Below, piece by piece: positions 56,321-64,000 of a DNA stretch of 64,000 nucleotides. How positions within the stretch are numbered: position 1 is the stretch's first letter; each line of letters starts with the position of its first letter. Under the pieces are notes generated by a model, which did no database searches, was not told where the DNA came from, and worked only from the letters and a program-made list of their open reading frames with translations. Position numbers and translations under genes: made by a program. Source of the DNA: Rhodospirillaceae bacterium (GTDB lineage: Bacteria; Pseudomonadota; Alphaproteobacteria; Rhodospirillales; UBA2165); contig JABHAA010000043.1 in the NCBI GenBank assembly GCA_018674495.1, positions 21,615 to 85,614 on the forward strand, given 5' to 3'.

Positions 56321-56776
56321 ATGCGCCGCGCAATCAAAACCATCGGCATCTTGTTTTTGGGCGTCATTCTTTCGGGCTGCACCGTTGGGATGCCCTACAA
56401 CAGAATCAAGGCGGACCTGCCGAAACTGTCCGCCGGCAAAAGCCGGGTCTTTGTCTATCGGACATTCATTGTGCCCGAGCTTATGCATCCACGGGTGGTC
56501 CTGATTGACGGCAAGCCTTTCGGCGATGCCTTGACCGGCACTGCAAGTTACCGGGACGTGGCGCCGGGCGCCCATGAGTTCTCCATCGCCGACCGTCATT
56601 CCAAATTGAAGGTGCAATTGCAGCCTGGCAAGGTGACCTTTTTGCGCATCACCATTGTTACCGCCAAGGACAGCGGCATCGATACGATCATCAAAGTTAT
56701 TCCGAGCAATAAAGCCGAAGCGGATTTGCATGGCATCAATGTGATCGAAGCCAAGGTCCGCGATCTGGTGAAATAA
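56321..56776 (+). CDS. DUF2846-like lipoprotein
   Basis: I moved the start to the ATG at 56321, which has a GGAGGGGG ribosome-binding site. It has a lipobox FLGVILSGC, then RVFVYR and VLIDGKPFG. Confidence 0.7.
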   Translation: MRRAIKTIGILFLGVILSGCTVGMPYNRIKADLPKLSAGKSRVFVYRTFIVPELMHPRVVLIDGKPFGDALTGTASYRDVAPGAHEFSIADRHSKLKVQLQPGKVTFLRITIVTAKDSGIDTIIKVIPSNKAEADLHGINVIEAKVRDLVK

Positions 56777-56809
56777 CATGCTCGAGCAGTATCACTTCAC
56801 CAATTTCGT

Positions 56810-57553
56810 TCATCGCAATATCAACGCAAGTCCGATCGCAACCAGCGACCATTGCGCGACCATGCTGTAAATTTTTTGCGAGGCGATTTCGAACAGCCGA
56901 GTGCCCGCCCAAGTTCCAATCATTGTCCCTGGTATGAGAACCGCGGCGCGAATAAATGTCTCGGCGCTGATACCGTTGCCGGCCAAGAGTGTAATGATCA
57001 ATATGATGCCCATCATCGAAGCGGTGACGGCAATGTTTGCCCTTTGCACCGCCACCGATTCCGGAGATGCGAGATAATAGAACACCATCAGAGGACCTCC
57101 ACTACCCGTAAACCCGTACACGCTGCCGGCTACGGCACCAACGGCGGCGGACGCGACCACGTTTCGGGGACCGGTGTACCGCCATCCCAAAATGAGGGCG
57201 AGACCGCACGCTGCTATTAATGCGCCAATAGCCGGTTTGACGGTCGAAGCATCTGCGACCAGCAAGGCCATTGCTGTAAGCGGTACGGTGACAACAACCG
57301 CAATGCAGAGGGGGATGGTTTCCGACCACTTGATATGATCGTACGTCTTTCGAAGCAGCATCGCCGAGGAGACGAGGCCGAGCACAGCCGAAATAGCGAT
57401 CGCTTCGAGCGGTCCATAGACAAACGTCAACAACGCGGCGTTGACCAATCCCGCAACAAAGCCGGTAAATCCCCGGGCAATGCCAGCTAGAATGACGATA
57501 AAATATGCGACGGCGAGGTCCGCAGATATGACGTGGATCAGAGCGTCTTGCAT
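56810..57553 (-). CDS. TauE/SafE-family (sulfite exporter-like) membrane protein
   Basis: 247 aa, about 7-8 TM segments, with a glycine-rich TauE-like pattern (GFTGSGGPLMVFY). Confidence 0.8.
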   Translation of the reverse strand: MQDALIHVISADLAVAYFIVILAGIARGFTGFVAGLVNAALLTFVYGPLEAIAISAVLGLVSSAMLLRKTYDHIKWSETIPLCIAVVVTVPLTAMALLVADASTVKPAIGALIAACGLALILGWRYTGPRNVVASAAVGAVAGSVYGFTGSGGPLMVFYYLASPESVAVQRANIAVTASMMGIILIITLLAGNGISAETFIRAAVLIPGTMIGTWAGTRLFEIASQKIYSMVAQWSLVAIGLALILR

Positions 57554-57756
57554 CGCATATTCTCTGACTAGGAAATCAATGGGAAGGTAATTTTGCGCCT
57601 AGCCTACTATCGGGAATGGATGTCCAAAAATGTCAGTGATGGCAAGGAATTTCATTGGGCTGAGGCGTCTCGCATGCCGCGCCGCTTGCCGTTTCGCGAA
57701 AACCTATTAAATTTGTGGGCAACAGAGACGAAGCCCCGCCCAAGGAGAGGTACGCC

Positions 57757-59337
57757 ATGAACGATCATACGGTCACGCTGGATACATCCACGTCTCCCGC
57801 CGGAATTACCTACGCCGATAATTTCAACGTGGCGGTGGCGTTCATCGACCGCCATATCAGCGAAGGCCGTGCTGACCGGGTCATCATCCGCGAACACGGC
57901 GGCGGCACGGTTACCTATGGGGAGTTGGCCGAAAATGTGGGCCGCGCCGGCAACGCGCTCACCGGCCTTGGGCTGGCCCCCGGCGAGCGTCTGCTGATGA
58001 TGGTCAAAGATGCGCCCGAATTTTTCTATGTATTTTGGGGCGCCATCAAGGCCGGCATTATCCCGGTGCCCTTGAACACGCTGCTCCGGGCCAAAGACTA
58101 CGCCTATATGATCGAAAATTCCGTTGCGGCCGGCATCGTCTATTCGGCAGAATTCGCCGGCGAAGTGGATCCGGCTATCGAAGCCGCCAAACACGCGCCG
58201 GCGCTGGTGATCGAAGCCGCCGGCGATGGCGGATTGCTCAGCAAAATGAAAGACGCCTCGCCGGAACTGGCGCCGGCGCCCGCCAAGCCGGGCGATGATT
58301 GTTTCTGGCTCTATTCGTCGGGCTCCACCGGCAATCCGAAGGGCGTTGTCCACGCCCATAAAGATATGGTGGTCACCAGCCAGTATTACGGGACGGAGAC
58401 CATCGGCCTCGGCGAGGGCGATGTGGTTTTTTCAGCGGCCAAGCTGTTCTTCGCCTACGGCCTCGGCAACGCCATGACCTTTCCATTATGGTCAGGCGCG
58501 GAGGCGGTCCTGTTCGAAGGTGCGCCGGCGCCAGACGTCGTGCACGCGGTGATCGAAGAATACAAACCCAGCGTCTATTTCGGCGTCCCCACCCTTTATG
58601 CGGCGCAAATGCGCGCCTTCGATGAGCGCAAACCCGATCTTTCCTCGGTCCGATTGTTCGTATCGGCGGGCGAGGCCTTGCCGCCGGACCTACTGCGCCG
58701 TTGGATCGATGCCACTGGCCTGCCAATCCTCGACAGCATCGGTACCACCGAAATTCTGCATATATTCCTGGCCAACCGGGAAGACGATTTCAAGCCCGGC
58801 TCCAGCGGCAAGACGGTGCCCGGCTACGAAGGGCGCATCGTCGGCGAAGACGGCAACGACGTGCCCGACGGCGAAACCGGCAGCCTGATGATCCGAGGCG
58901 ATTCGCTATTGAAGCTCTATTGGCGCAACCCGGAAAAGACCAACGAAGCGTTGCAAGACGGCTGGATGTATACCGGTGATACATATTACCGAGACGAGGA
59001 CGGATTTTTCTTCTGCTGCGGGCGCTCAGACGACATGCTTAAAGTCGGCGGCATCTGGTGCTCGCCGGTGGAGATCGAGGCGAAGTTGGTGGAGCATCCG
59101 AAAGTACTGGAAGCCGCCGTCGTTGGCCGTGCCGACAACGAAGAGCTGATCAAGCCGGAAGCCTTTATCGTGCTCAACGATGCGTCTGATGCCTCGGACG
59201 CGCTGTCAGCGGAATTGCTGGAGCATTGCAAAAGCGGATTGGCGCGCTACAAATACCCGCGCTGGTTCAATTTCGTCGATGACCTGCCAAAAACAGCGAC
59301 GGGAAAAATCCAGCGTTTCAGGCTCCGCGACGGTTAA
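57757..59337 (+). CDS. Benzoate-CoA ligase family aromatic acid-CoA ligase
   Basis: I moved the start to the ATG at 57757, which has an AAGGAGAGG ribosome-binding site. Motifs are YSSGSTGNPKGVVHAH, YTGDTYYRDEDGFFFCCGRSDDMLKVGGIWCSPVEIE and LPKTATGKIQRF. Confidence 0.85.
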   Translation: MNDHTVTLDTSTSPAGITYADNFNVAVAFIDRHISEGRADRVIIREHGGGTVTYGELAENVGRAGNALTGLGLAPGERLLMMVKDAPEFFYVFWGAIKAGIIPVPLNTLLRAKDYAYMIENSVAAGIVYSAEFAGEVDPAIEAAKHAPALVIEAAGDGGLLSKMKDASPELAPAPAKPGDDCFWLYSSGSTGNPKGVVHAHKDMVVTSQYYGTETIGLGEGDVVFSAAKLFFAYGLGNAMTFPLWSGAEAVLFEGAPAPDVVHAVIEEYKPSVYFGVPTLYAAQMRAFDERKPDLSSVRLFVSAGEALPPDLLRRWIDATGLPILDSIGTTEILHIFLANREDDFKPGSSGKTVPGYEGRIVGEDGNDVPDGETGSLMIRGDSLLKLYWRNPEKTNEALQDGWMYTGDTYYRDEDGFFFCCGRSDDMLKVGGIWCSPVEIEAKLVEHPKVLEAAVVGRADNEELIKPEAFIVLNDASDASDALSAELLEHCKSGLARYKYPRWFNFVDDLPKTATGKIQRFRLRDG

Positions 59338-59362
59338 ATATTTACGACTATTTCCTGGGACA

Positions 59363-59627
59363 AGTGACCTATTTCATCCATGTTGTACCTCTACGATCGT
59401 TTTTCCCGTTTCCTCGGTAGGAGGATGGGCGCCGGCGATGCGGCACATCGGCAAGCCCTTCCGACACCCCGAGGGAACGGGAAAAACGACCCAGAGGGCG
59501 ACGCTGCAAGGCTCCCGGTCGTTGTCGCGCGCAGCTTGTGGTGGATTGGCACCACGGCGCGGCGCGCTCCTAGCCGAAAACCTTGCAGCGCCGTCGTAGT
59601 GGCACAACATGGATGAAATAGGTCACT
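59363..59627 (+). repeat. 265-bp highly structured palindromic element closed by perfect 24-bp inverted repeats (MITE-like element or structured RNA)
   Basis: AGTGACCTATTTCATCCATGTTGT (59363..59386) is the exact reverse complement of 59604..59627. There are two internal helices. One pairs 59397..59417 with 59469..59489: 21 bp with a single pair that is U-G on the plus strand. The other pairs 59502..59511 with 59581..59590: 10 bp, perfect. The element ends 3 nt before the ATG at 59631. Confidence 0.7.
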
Positions 59628-59630
59628 AGC

Positions 59631-60554
59631 ATGCAAGAAAAATTGATGGACCTGAAGGAGGCGGTCGCCTCGCTAGTCAGTGACGGCGACAGCATCGTGC
59701 TCGGCGCGGCACTGGAAAACGCCATCCCCTTCGCCGCCACCCACGAGCTGATCCGCCAGGGCTTTACCGGTCTCAACATGATTGCGCCAATTTCCGACAT
59801 GTCCACCGACATGCTGATCGGCGCCGGCTGCTGCAACGAAATTACCGGCGCCTGGGTCGGCAACGTGTCCGCCGGGCTCGGTCATAATTACCGGCGGGCC
59901 ACCGAGAAAGGCATCCCGCACCGGGTGAAGGTCAACGATTACTCCAACTTCACCCTCGGCATGGCATTATTTGGCGGCGCCTACGGGCTGCCCTATATCG
60001 CCGTGAAGTCCCTGCTTGGATCAGACATTCCCAAGTCCAATCCACTGTTGAAAGTGACCGACAACCCGTTCACAGAAGGCGAAGACCCGGTTGTTCTGGT
60101 GCCAGCGCTGAAACCGGATGTGGCATTCCTGTCCATGCAGCGCGCCGACCGTTTCGGCAACGCCCATTATTGGGGTTCCTACGGCTTAACCCAGGAATCC
60201 TCCATCGCGGCGGAAAAAATCATCGTGCTGGCGGACGAGATTGTCGAGCCCGAAGTGATCGCGTCGGACCCCAGCCGCGTGGTTATCCCGGGCTTTGGCG
60301 TCAATGCCGTCTGCCACATTCCCGCCGCGTGCCATCCATCGCCGCTGATCGGCTGCTGGACGCGGGACAATGAATTTTTTCACGAATATCACAAGCTGAC
60401 TCGCGACCCGGAAGGCTTTGAGGCCTGGATCAAGGAGTGGGTGTTGGATATTCCCGATCACGCCGCCTACCGCGCCAAACTGGGCGAGCGGCTGGAACAG
60501 TTCCGCATCCGCGGCAAAGCGTTATCGGCGCCTGCCAACTACGCGGTAGAGTAA
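59631..60554 (+). CDS. Family I CoA-transferase subunit A (glutaconate CoA-transferase GctA-like)
   Basis: 307 aa with LKEAVASLVSDGDSIVLGAALENAIPFAA and ADRFGNAHYWG. It is followed by a subunit-B gene. Confidence 0.85.
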   Translation: MQEKLMDLKEAVASLVSDGDSIVLGAALENAIPFAATHELIRQGFTGLNMIAPISDMSTDMLIGAGCCNEITGAWVGNVSAGLGHNYRRATEKGIPHRVKVNDYSNFTLGMALFGGAYGLPYIAVKSLLGSDIPKSNPLLKVTDNPFTEGEDPVVLVPALKPDVAFLSMQRADRFGNAHYWGSYGLTQESSIAAEKIIVLADEIVEPEVIASDPSRVVIPGFGVNAVCHIPAACHPSPLIGCWTRDNEFFHEYHKLTRDPEGFEAWIKEWVLDIPDHAAYRAKLGERLEQFRIRGKALSAPANYAVE

Positions 60555-60559
60555 AGCCA

Positions 60560-61321
60560 ATGAGTTTAGATTATTCGACCCAGGAATTGATGATCATCGC
60601 GTCCGCGCGCGAGATTAAGGACAACGAGCGCATCTTTGTCGGCATGCGCCTGCCGATCACCGCCTATGGCGTTGCGCGCCTGACCCATGCGCCGAACGCA
60701 GTCGGCCTGTTCGAAAGCGGCATCGCCCGTTACGAGCCGGCGGACGGTATGCTCTATACCATGTGCGACGCCCCCAACCAGCTGGGCGCCGCCTGGACCT
60801 GCGGGCTGATCCAGATCATGGGCATGCTGTCAGGCGGTCGCGTCCATGCGGGGTTCATCGGCGGCGCCGAGATCGATAAATTCGGCAACATCAACACGTC
60901 GTACATCGGCGGCATAGAAAACCCCAAGGTAAAGCTGCCGGGCTCCGGCGGCGCCGCCGATATCGCCGCCATGTCGCAACGGCTGATCGCCATCATGAAC
61001 CACGAAAAACACCGGCTGGTGGAAAAGGTCGAATTTATCACCTCGCCAGGGTTCCTGGATGGCGGCGATGCCAGAAAGCGCGCTGGATTACCGGGCGCTG
61101 GGCCGTCGGCGGTGATCACCGACCGGGCCATCTTGCGCCCGCACGGTCCCACCAACGAATTGCATCTCTCCACCATCCATCCCGGCCATAGCCAAGCGGA
61201 GATATTGGAGAACACCGGCTGGGATTTGAAAATCGCGCCAGACCTAAGCGAAACACCGGAACCCTCATCCGCCGAGATGGACGCTCTCCATCAAATCGAC
61301 AAAGACGGCTATTGGCGCTAG
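60560..61321 (+). CDS. Family I CoA-transferase subunit B (GctB-like)
   Basis: I moved the start to the ATG at 60560 (MSLDYSTQELMIIASAREI...). Motifs are GLFESG, GGAEIDKFGNINTS and LPGSGGAADIA. Confidence 0.85.
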   Translation: MSLDYSTQELMIIASAREIKDNERIFVGMRLPITAYGVARLTHAPNAVGLFESGIARYEPADGMLYTMCDAPNQLGAAWTCGLIQIMGMLSGGRVHAGFIGGAEIDKFGNINTSYIGGIENPKVKLPGSGGAADIAAMSQRLIAIMNHEKHRLVEKVEFITSPGFLDGGDARKRAGLPGAGPSAVITDRAILRPHGPTNELHLSTIHPGHSQAEILENTGWDLKIAPDLSETPEPSSAEMDALHQIDKDGYWR

Positions 61322-61337
61322 GCGCGTTGGACGAAAT

Positions 61338-62105
61338 CTAGGAAATCGCGCTGCGTACGCCGGGGCCGTTCAAATAGGTGAAGCCGGCAGTGCGGGCGAC
61401 TTTGTCGAGTGTTTCGTTAGCAATGCCGTGCAAGTAGGTATGCAGACGCCCGGCCCCGGCAGAGGCGCAAAAGGTCTGCAAGTGCGGCTTGATCTGCTCC
61501 GCCGGCCAAGCCTTGTCCATCAGATGGAACGAGACGCCTTGGAAATTGCAATTCGTGAATATGGTAAAGTTGGTCCAGCCAGGGCGCGGCCGGGCGATGT
61601 AATGGCGGCAGAATGGAAACACTGTGATCGCAAGATTATCGAGATATTCGAGGCTGAGCTTTTCCGGGAAATTGAACAGCTCGAACACCAGTTTTCCTTC
61701 GGAATTGTTCTGAATTTCTCGGCATTTCTCGGCAAACGCATTCGCAAAGCTGGACAGGCCGAGACCCAGCACATTGATCGGCACAATCACCGTGGGCGAT
61801 TTCCCGTCCACCGAAACCTTGTTGATAAAACGCTCCACAAGGCTGAGCATTTTGCTCAAATTCGATGTCATCAGGGCTTGATCAAGAATACGCTCCGTCG
61901 ATCCGGCGACCAACAATGCGTCGCCGGACATAGCGCCGCCGGTGCCTTCGATTTCAGGCATGCAATAATACAGATTTTCCGCCGGCGCACCGGATACCAC
62001 CACCGGCCAGAACTTGGCGGTCAGATCGGCAGGGACAGTATTTGTCTGGGACAAGGGCTCGTTCACCGGTAATTTCCAAATTCGATTTTGGCGCAACGCT
62101 TGCAT
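61338..62105 (-). CDS. Hypothetical protein, possibly a degenerate EAL-like fold
   Basis: 255 aa. The spacing of IVPINV, LVFELFNFPE, GVSFHLMDK and YLHGIANETLDKVARTAGFTYLNGPG loosely parallels EAL-domain blocks, but the catalytic residues are replaced. The assignment is weak. Confidence 0.45.
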   Translation of the reverse strand: MQALRQNRIWKLPVNEPLSQTNTVPADLTAKFWPVVVSGAPAENLYYCMPEIEGTGGAMSGDALLVAGSTERILDQALMTSNLSKMLSLVERFINKVSVDGKSPTVIVPINVLGLGLSSFANAFAEKCREIQNNSEGKLVFELFNFPEKLSLEYLDNLAITVFPFCRHYIARPRPGWTNFTIFTNCNFQGVSFHLMDKAWPAEQIKPHLQTFCASAGAGRLHTYLHGIANETLDKVARTAGFTYLNGPGVRSAIS

Positions 62106-62138
62106 ACTAACATGTTAAGCGAAGCGGCCAAATTCAAG

Positions 62139-63335
62139 CTAAATGAATGACGCCACGGCGGCGGCGGCGGCGCCCATCAGGGCCAAGGCTATACCGCTCA
62201 TCATATAGGGCCGCGAAGGCCCGCCGAACAATGCTACCAGCTTGGCGATCCCCGCGCCGAAATACAGCAATGCCAACAATAAAGGCGGCAAAAACGGCAA
62301 ATGCACCAGCCAGAATAGGGGCCCCAAGGCTGGCCCGCCGATGCGCGGATCAAAGCCGAATAGAACCTGCCAGGCCAATTCCAGGTTAGCGCTGGCGCCC
62401 GGGAATGCACCGCCGAGGGGGCCGAGCCCAAGAGCCAGCACCGCGATGATCAGCAATCCGATCAAAAGCCGGCCAGCCGTGGCCAATCGACCGGCATGCG
62501 GGCGCGCCGCCTCCAAGGTGATTGCCGCCGCCAATCCGGTGGCCAGAAAGCTGGCCAGCATCATGCGCCAATTAGAATGCACGGGCAGATCGGCTACCGC
62601 CAGATGGCCGGCCAGAAAGGCACCGTAGGTGGCCAAATACACGAACGGGAGGGATGCCGCGAAAACCGCGAATTGGCGATCAAGGACGGATTTCAAAGGC
62701 CCGGCTTGGAGCCGCCGCGCCCCCAGCCGCGCCGCCAGAACGGCGGACTGGCAGACGAAATACAATAACGGCGCCGCCAGGATGGAGCCGAGCACGGCGT
62801 GCCCAATGGGCATGTTGAGCAAGCGCCCGGTGAGCGAGGTGAACACATAACCCGGAACGAAAAAGAAGACGGCGGCGAATATGGCGACCGAAATAAAGGC
62901 GGTTAGTTTTTGCGCTCGGCGCATCTCGCCAAGGATCATGAGAAGGACATAGGCGGCGAATATGGCAAGCACCACCAGAAACAAAAACGCCGAGCCGCCG
63001 CGTAGCATATTGACCAAGGCGGCCAGTGGAATGACCACCAGGGTCATCGCCATGAACACGTTGCTGGCCAGCATATTGTCTTCCGATTGCCCGAACCAGT
63101 GTTCGATGAAAGCATCGCTGCGCACCGCCAATTGCCGGGCCACCAGACCGGGTAGGAGCCGCCAGCCGGTGTCCGCCAATCCGGCCCAGCCCTTGCGAAG
63201 CGCAGCTCTAAGGCCACCGCCAGCGTCCGCCGTCTGTCCTAAATCGAGAAACACCAGGAACAGCCCGACGGCGGCAAGGATGATGGCGGTTACGCTGAAC
63301 AGTCCATCGACAAATTCTATGCCCGGAATATTCAT
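62139..63335 (-). CDS. Polytopic membrane protein of unknown function
   Basis: I moved the start to the ATG at 63335, which has a GAGGAG ribosome-binding site. It is about 398 aa with at least 9 hydrophobic segments. Confidence 0.6.
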   Translation of the reverse strand: MNIPGIEFVDGLFSVTAIILAAVGLFLVFLDLGQTADAGGGLRAALRKGWAGLADTGWRLLPGLVARQLAVRSDAFIEHWFGQSEDNMLASNVFMAMTLVVIPLAALVNMLRGGSAFLFLVVLAIFAAYVLLMILGEMRRAQKLTAFISVAIFAAVFFFVPGYVFTSLTGRLLNMPIGHAVLGSILAAPLLYFVCQSAVLAARLGARRLQAGPLKSVLDRQFAVFAASLPFVYLATYGAFLAGHLAVADLPVHSNWRMMLASFLATGLAAAITLEAARPHAGRLATAGRLLIGLLIIAVLALGLGPLGGAFPGASANLELAWQVLFGFDPRIGGPALGPLFWLVHLPFLPPLLLALLYFGAGIAKLVALFGGPSRPYMMSGIALALMGAAAAAVASFI

Positions 63336-63360
63336 GGCTCCTCGGATTGCCTCTTTCTGA

Positions 63361-63816
63361 TCAGCGCGTAAATTCGATTTCGCCGCCCGGCAATAAATAA
63401 AGAACAATCGCAGCGCCATCGGTTACCGTCGGATTGTGCGCCGTGCCGGGGCCGTACACCACCCAGCCCTGGCCGCTGCCGTCAAACTTGGCATCGCCTT
63501 CCACTGGCATGACCAGATCCACCTCGCCCTTGGGATGGCTGTGGTGCGGGCCGACCACATCATTCATGGCCACCACATCGACGCTGAAGCCGTCCAGATC
63601 CTTGATGACGCGGCCAAACTTGATGCCGCCATATTCCTGATCGCACATCCAGCCCGCTTCGATGGCCGCATCGCAGGCCGCGCGGATGGCCCCGATTGTC
63701 TCGCCATCGGCGGGAAATGCATCATCCAAAAAGGCGCCCAAATCGGCGTCCAGCGCTCTTCCCTTAATGGCGCCGGTCACTTCCGCAACCAGCGCCTGGA
63801 ACCCAACCTTATCCAT
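63361..63816 (-). CDS. Small cupin-like protein (DUF4863-like)
   Basis: 151 aa with the His-rich metal-type motif GPHHSHPKGEVDLVMP, then GTAHNP. Confidence 0.55.
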   Translation of the reverse strand: MDKVGFQALVAEVTGAIKGRALDADLGAFLDDAFPADGETIGAIRAACDAAIEAGWMCDQEYGGIKFGRVIKDLDGFSVDVVAMNDVVGPHHSHPKGEVDLVMPVEGDAKFDGSGQGWVVYGPGTAHNPTVTDGAAIVLYLLPGGEIEFTR

Positions 63817-64000
63817 CTAAAATTCCTCCTAAAATTTCGCCGTCCCTTTGCCTAGCTACTGGATACATATCCCGGCCCGCCAAGGCTACCGGTTTCTCAA
63901 ATAGCCTTGTCGCCAGGGCCGCGTTCGCTTAAGATTGGCCATATTGTTCGGTACCCAAACAATATCTAAATGGACACCAAATACCATGCCCAATCCAGAC

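Noticed and set aside
59374-59636. Four overlapping 78-81-aa ORFs on both strands inside the palindromic element.
   Set aside because: Mirror-image ORFs are an expected artefact of a long inverted-repeat structure. There is no start context (an AGGAGG abuts an ATG with zero spacing) and no protein-like composition.
1-64000. A search by eye for tRNA, rRNA, tmRNA, CRISPR arrays, transposases, integrases, toxin-antitoxin pairs, reverse transcriptases and known defence genes.
   Set aside because: None was recognised. The absence of small RNAs cannot be guaranteed without tRNAscan/Infernal.

Overview
This is a GC-rich bacterial chromosomal segment. Spot counts give about 60% G+C for typical lines. 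The gene content and the rplM-rpsI neighbourhood fit an alphaproteobacterium, but that is inference, not a database result. I can support about 58 protein-coding genes. Most of the long extra ORFs in the six-frame track are antisense or out-of-frame shadows, which are typical of high-GC DNA. I saw no rRNA, tRNA, CRISPR array, transposase, integrase or phage genes.

Content from left to right:
- A zinc-ribbon/cyclase/STAND protein that runs off the left edge.
- A TPR-methyltransferase and a secreted protein.
- An acyl-CoA synthetase and a hybrid histidine kinase.
- A cyclase-TPR gene followed by a DUF938-like gene.
- A TRAP transporter.
- rplM-rpsI, then enoyl-CoA hydratase, a CoA-binding protein and metY.
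- A cyclic-nucleotide-gated K+ channel.
- A seven-gene kdsA / CBS / kdsB / kdsC / radical-SAM / TPR-GT9-like / NMO operon.
- An ABC substrate-binding protein, a PAS kinase, an Rrf2 regulator and a GNAT.
- boxC-boxB without boxA.
- An oxygenase-rich block at 37-49 kb.
- A yjfL/yjfM/yjfC-like module.
- A sharply AT-rich, translationally coupled operon at 51.06-56.23 kb.
- A benzoate-CoA-ligase-like gene with a two-subunit CoA-transferase.
- Three poorly characterised genes at the right end.

Best candidates for something undescribed:
1. The low-GC operon at 51.06-56.23 kb. It encodes a PRMT-like methyltransferase, a divergent class III cyclase-like protein, an NspC-like decarboxylase and a DUF3326-like protein.
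2. The accessory Kdo-type sugar operon with a radical SAM/SPASM enzyme and a TPR-glycosyltransferase-like protein.
3. A 265-bp highly structured element closed by perfect 24-bp inverted repeats at 59363..59627.

All functional calls rest on motif and family recognition by eye. No searches were run.
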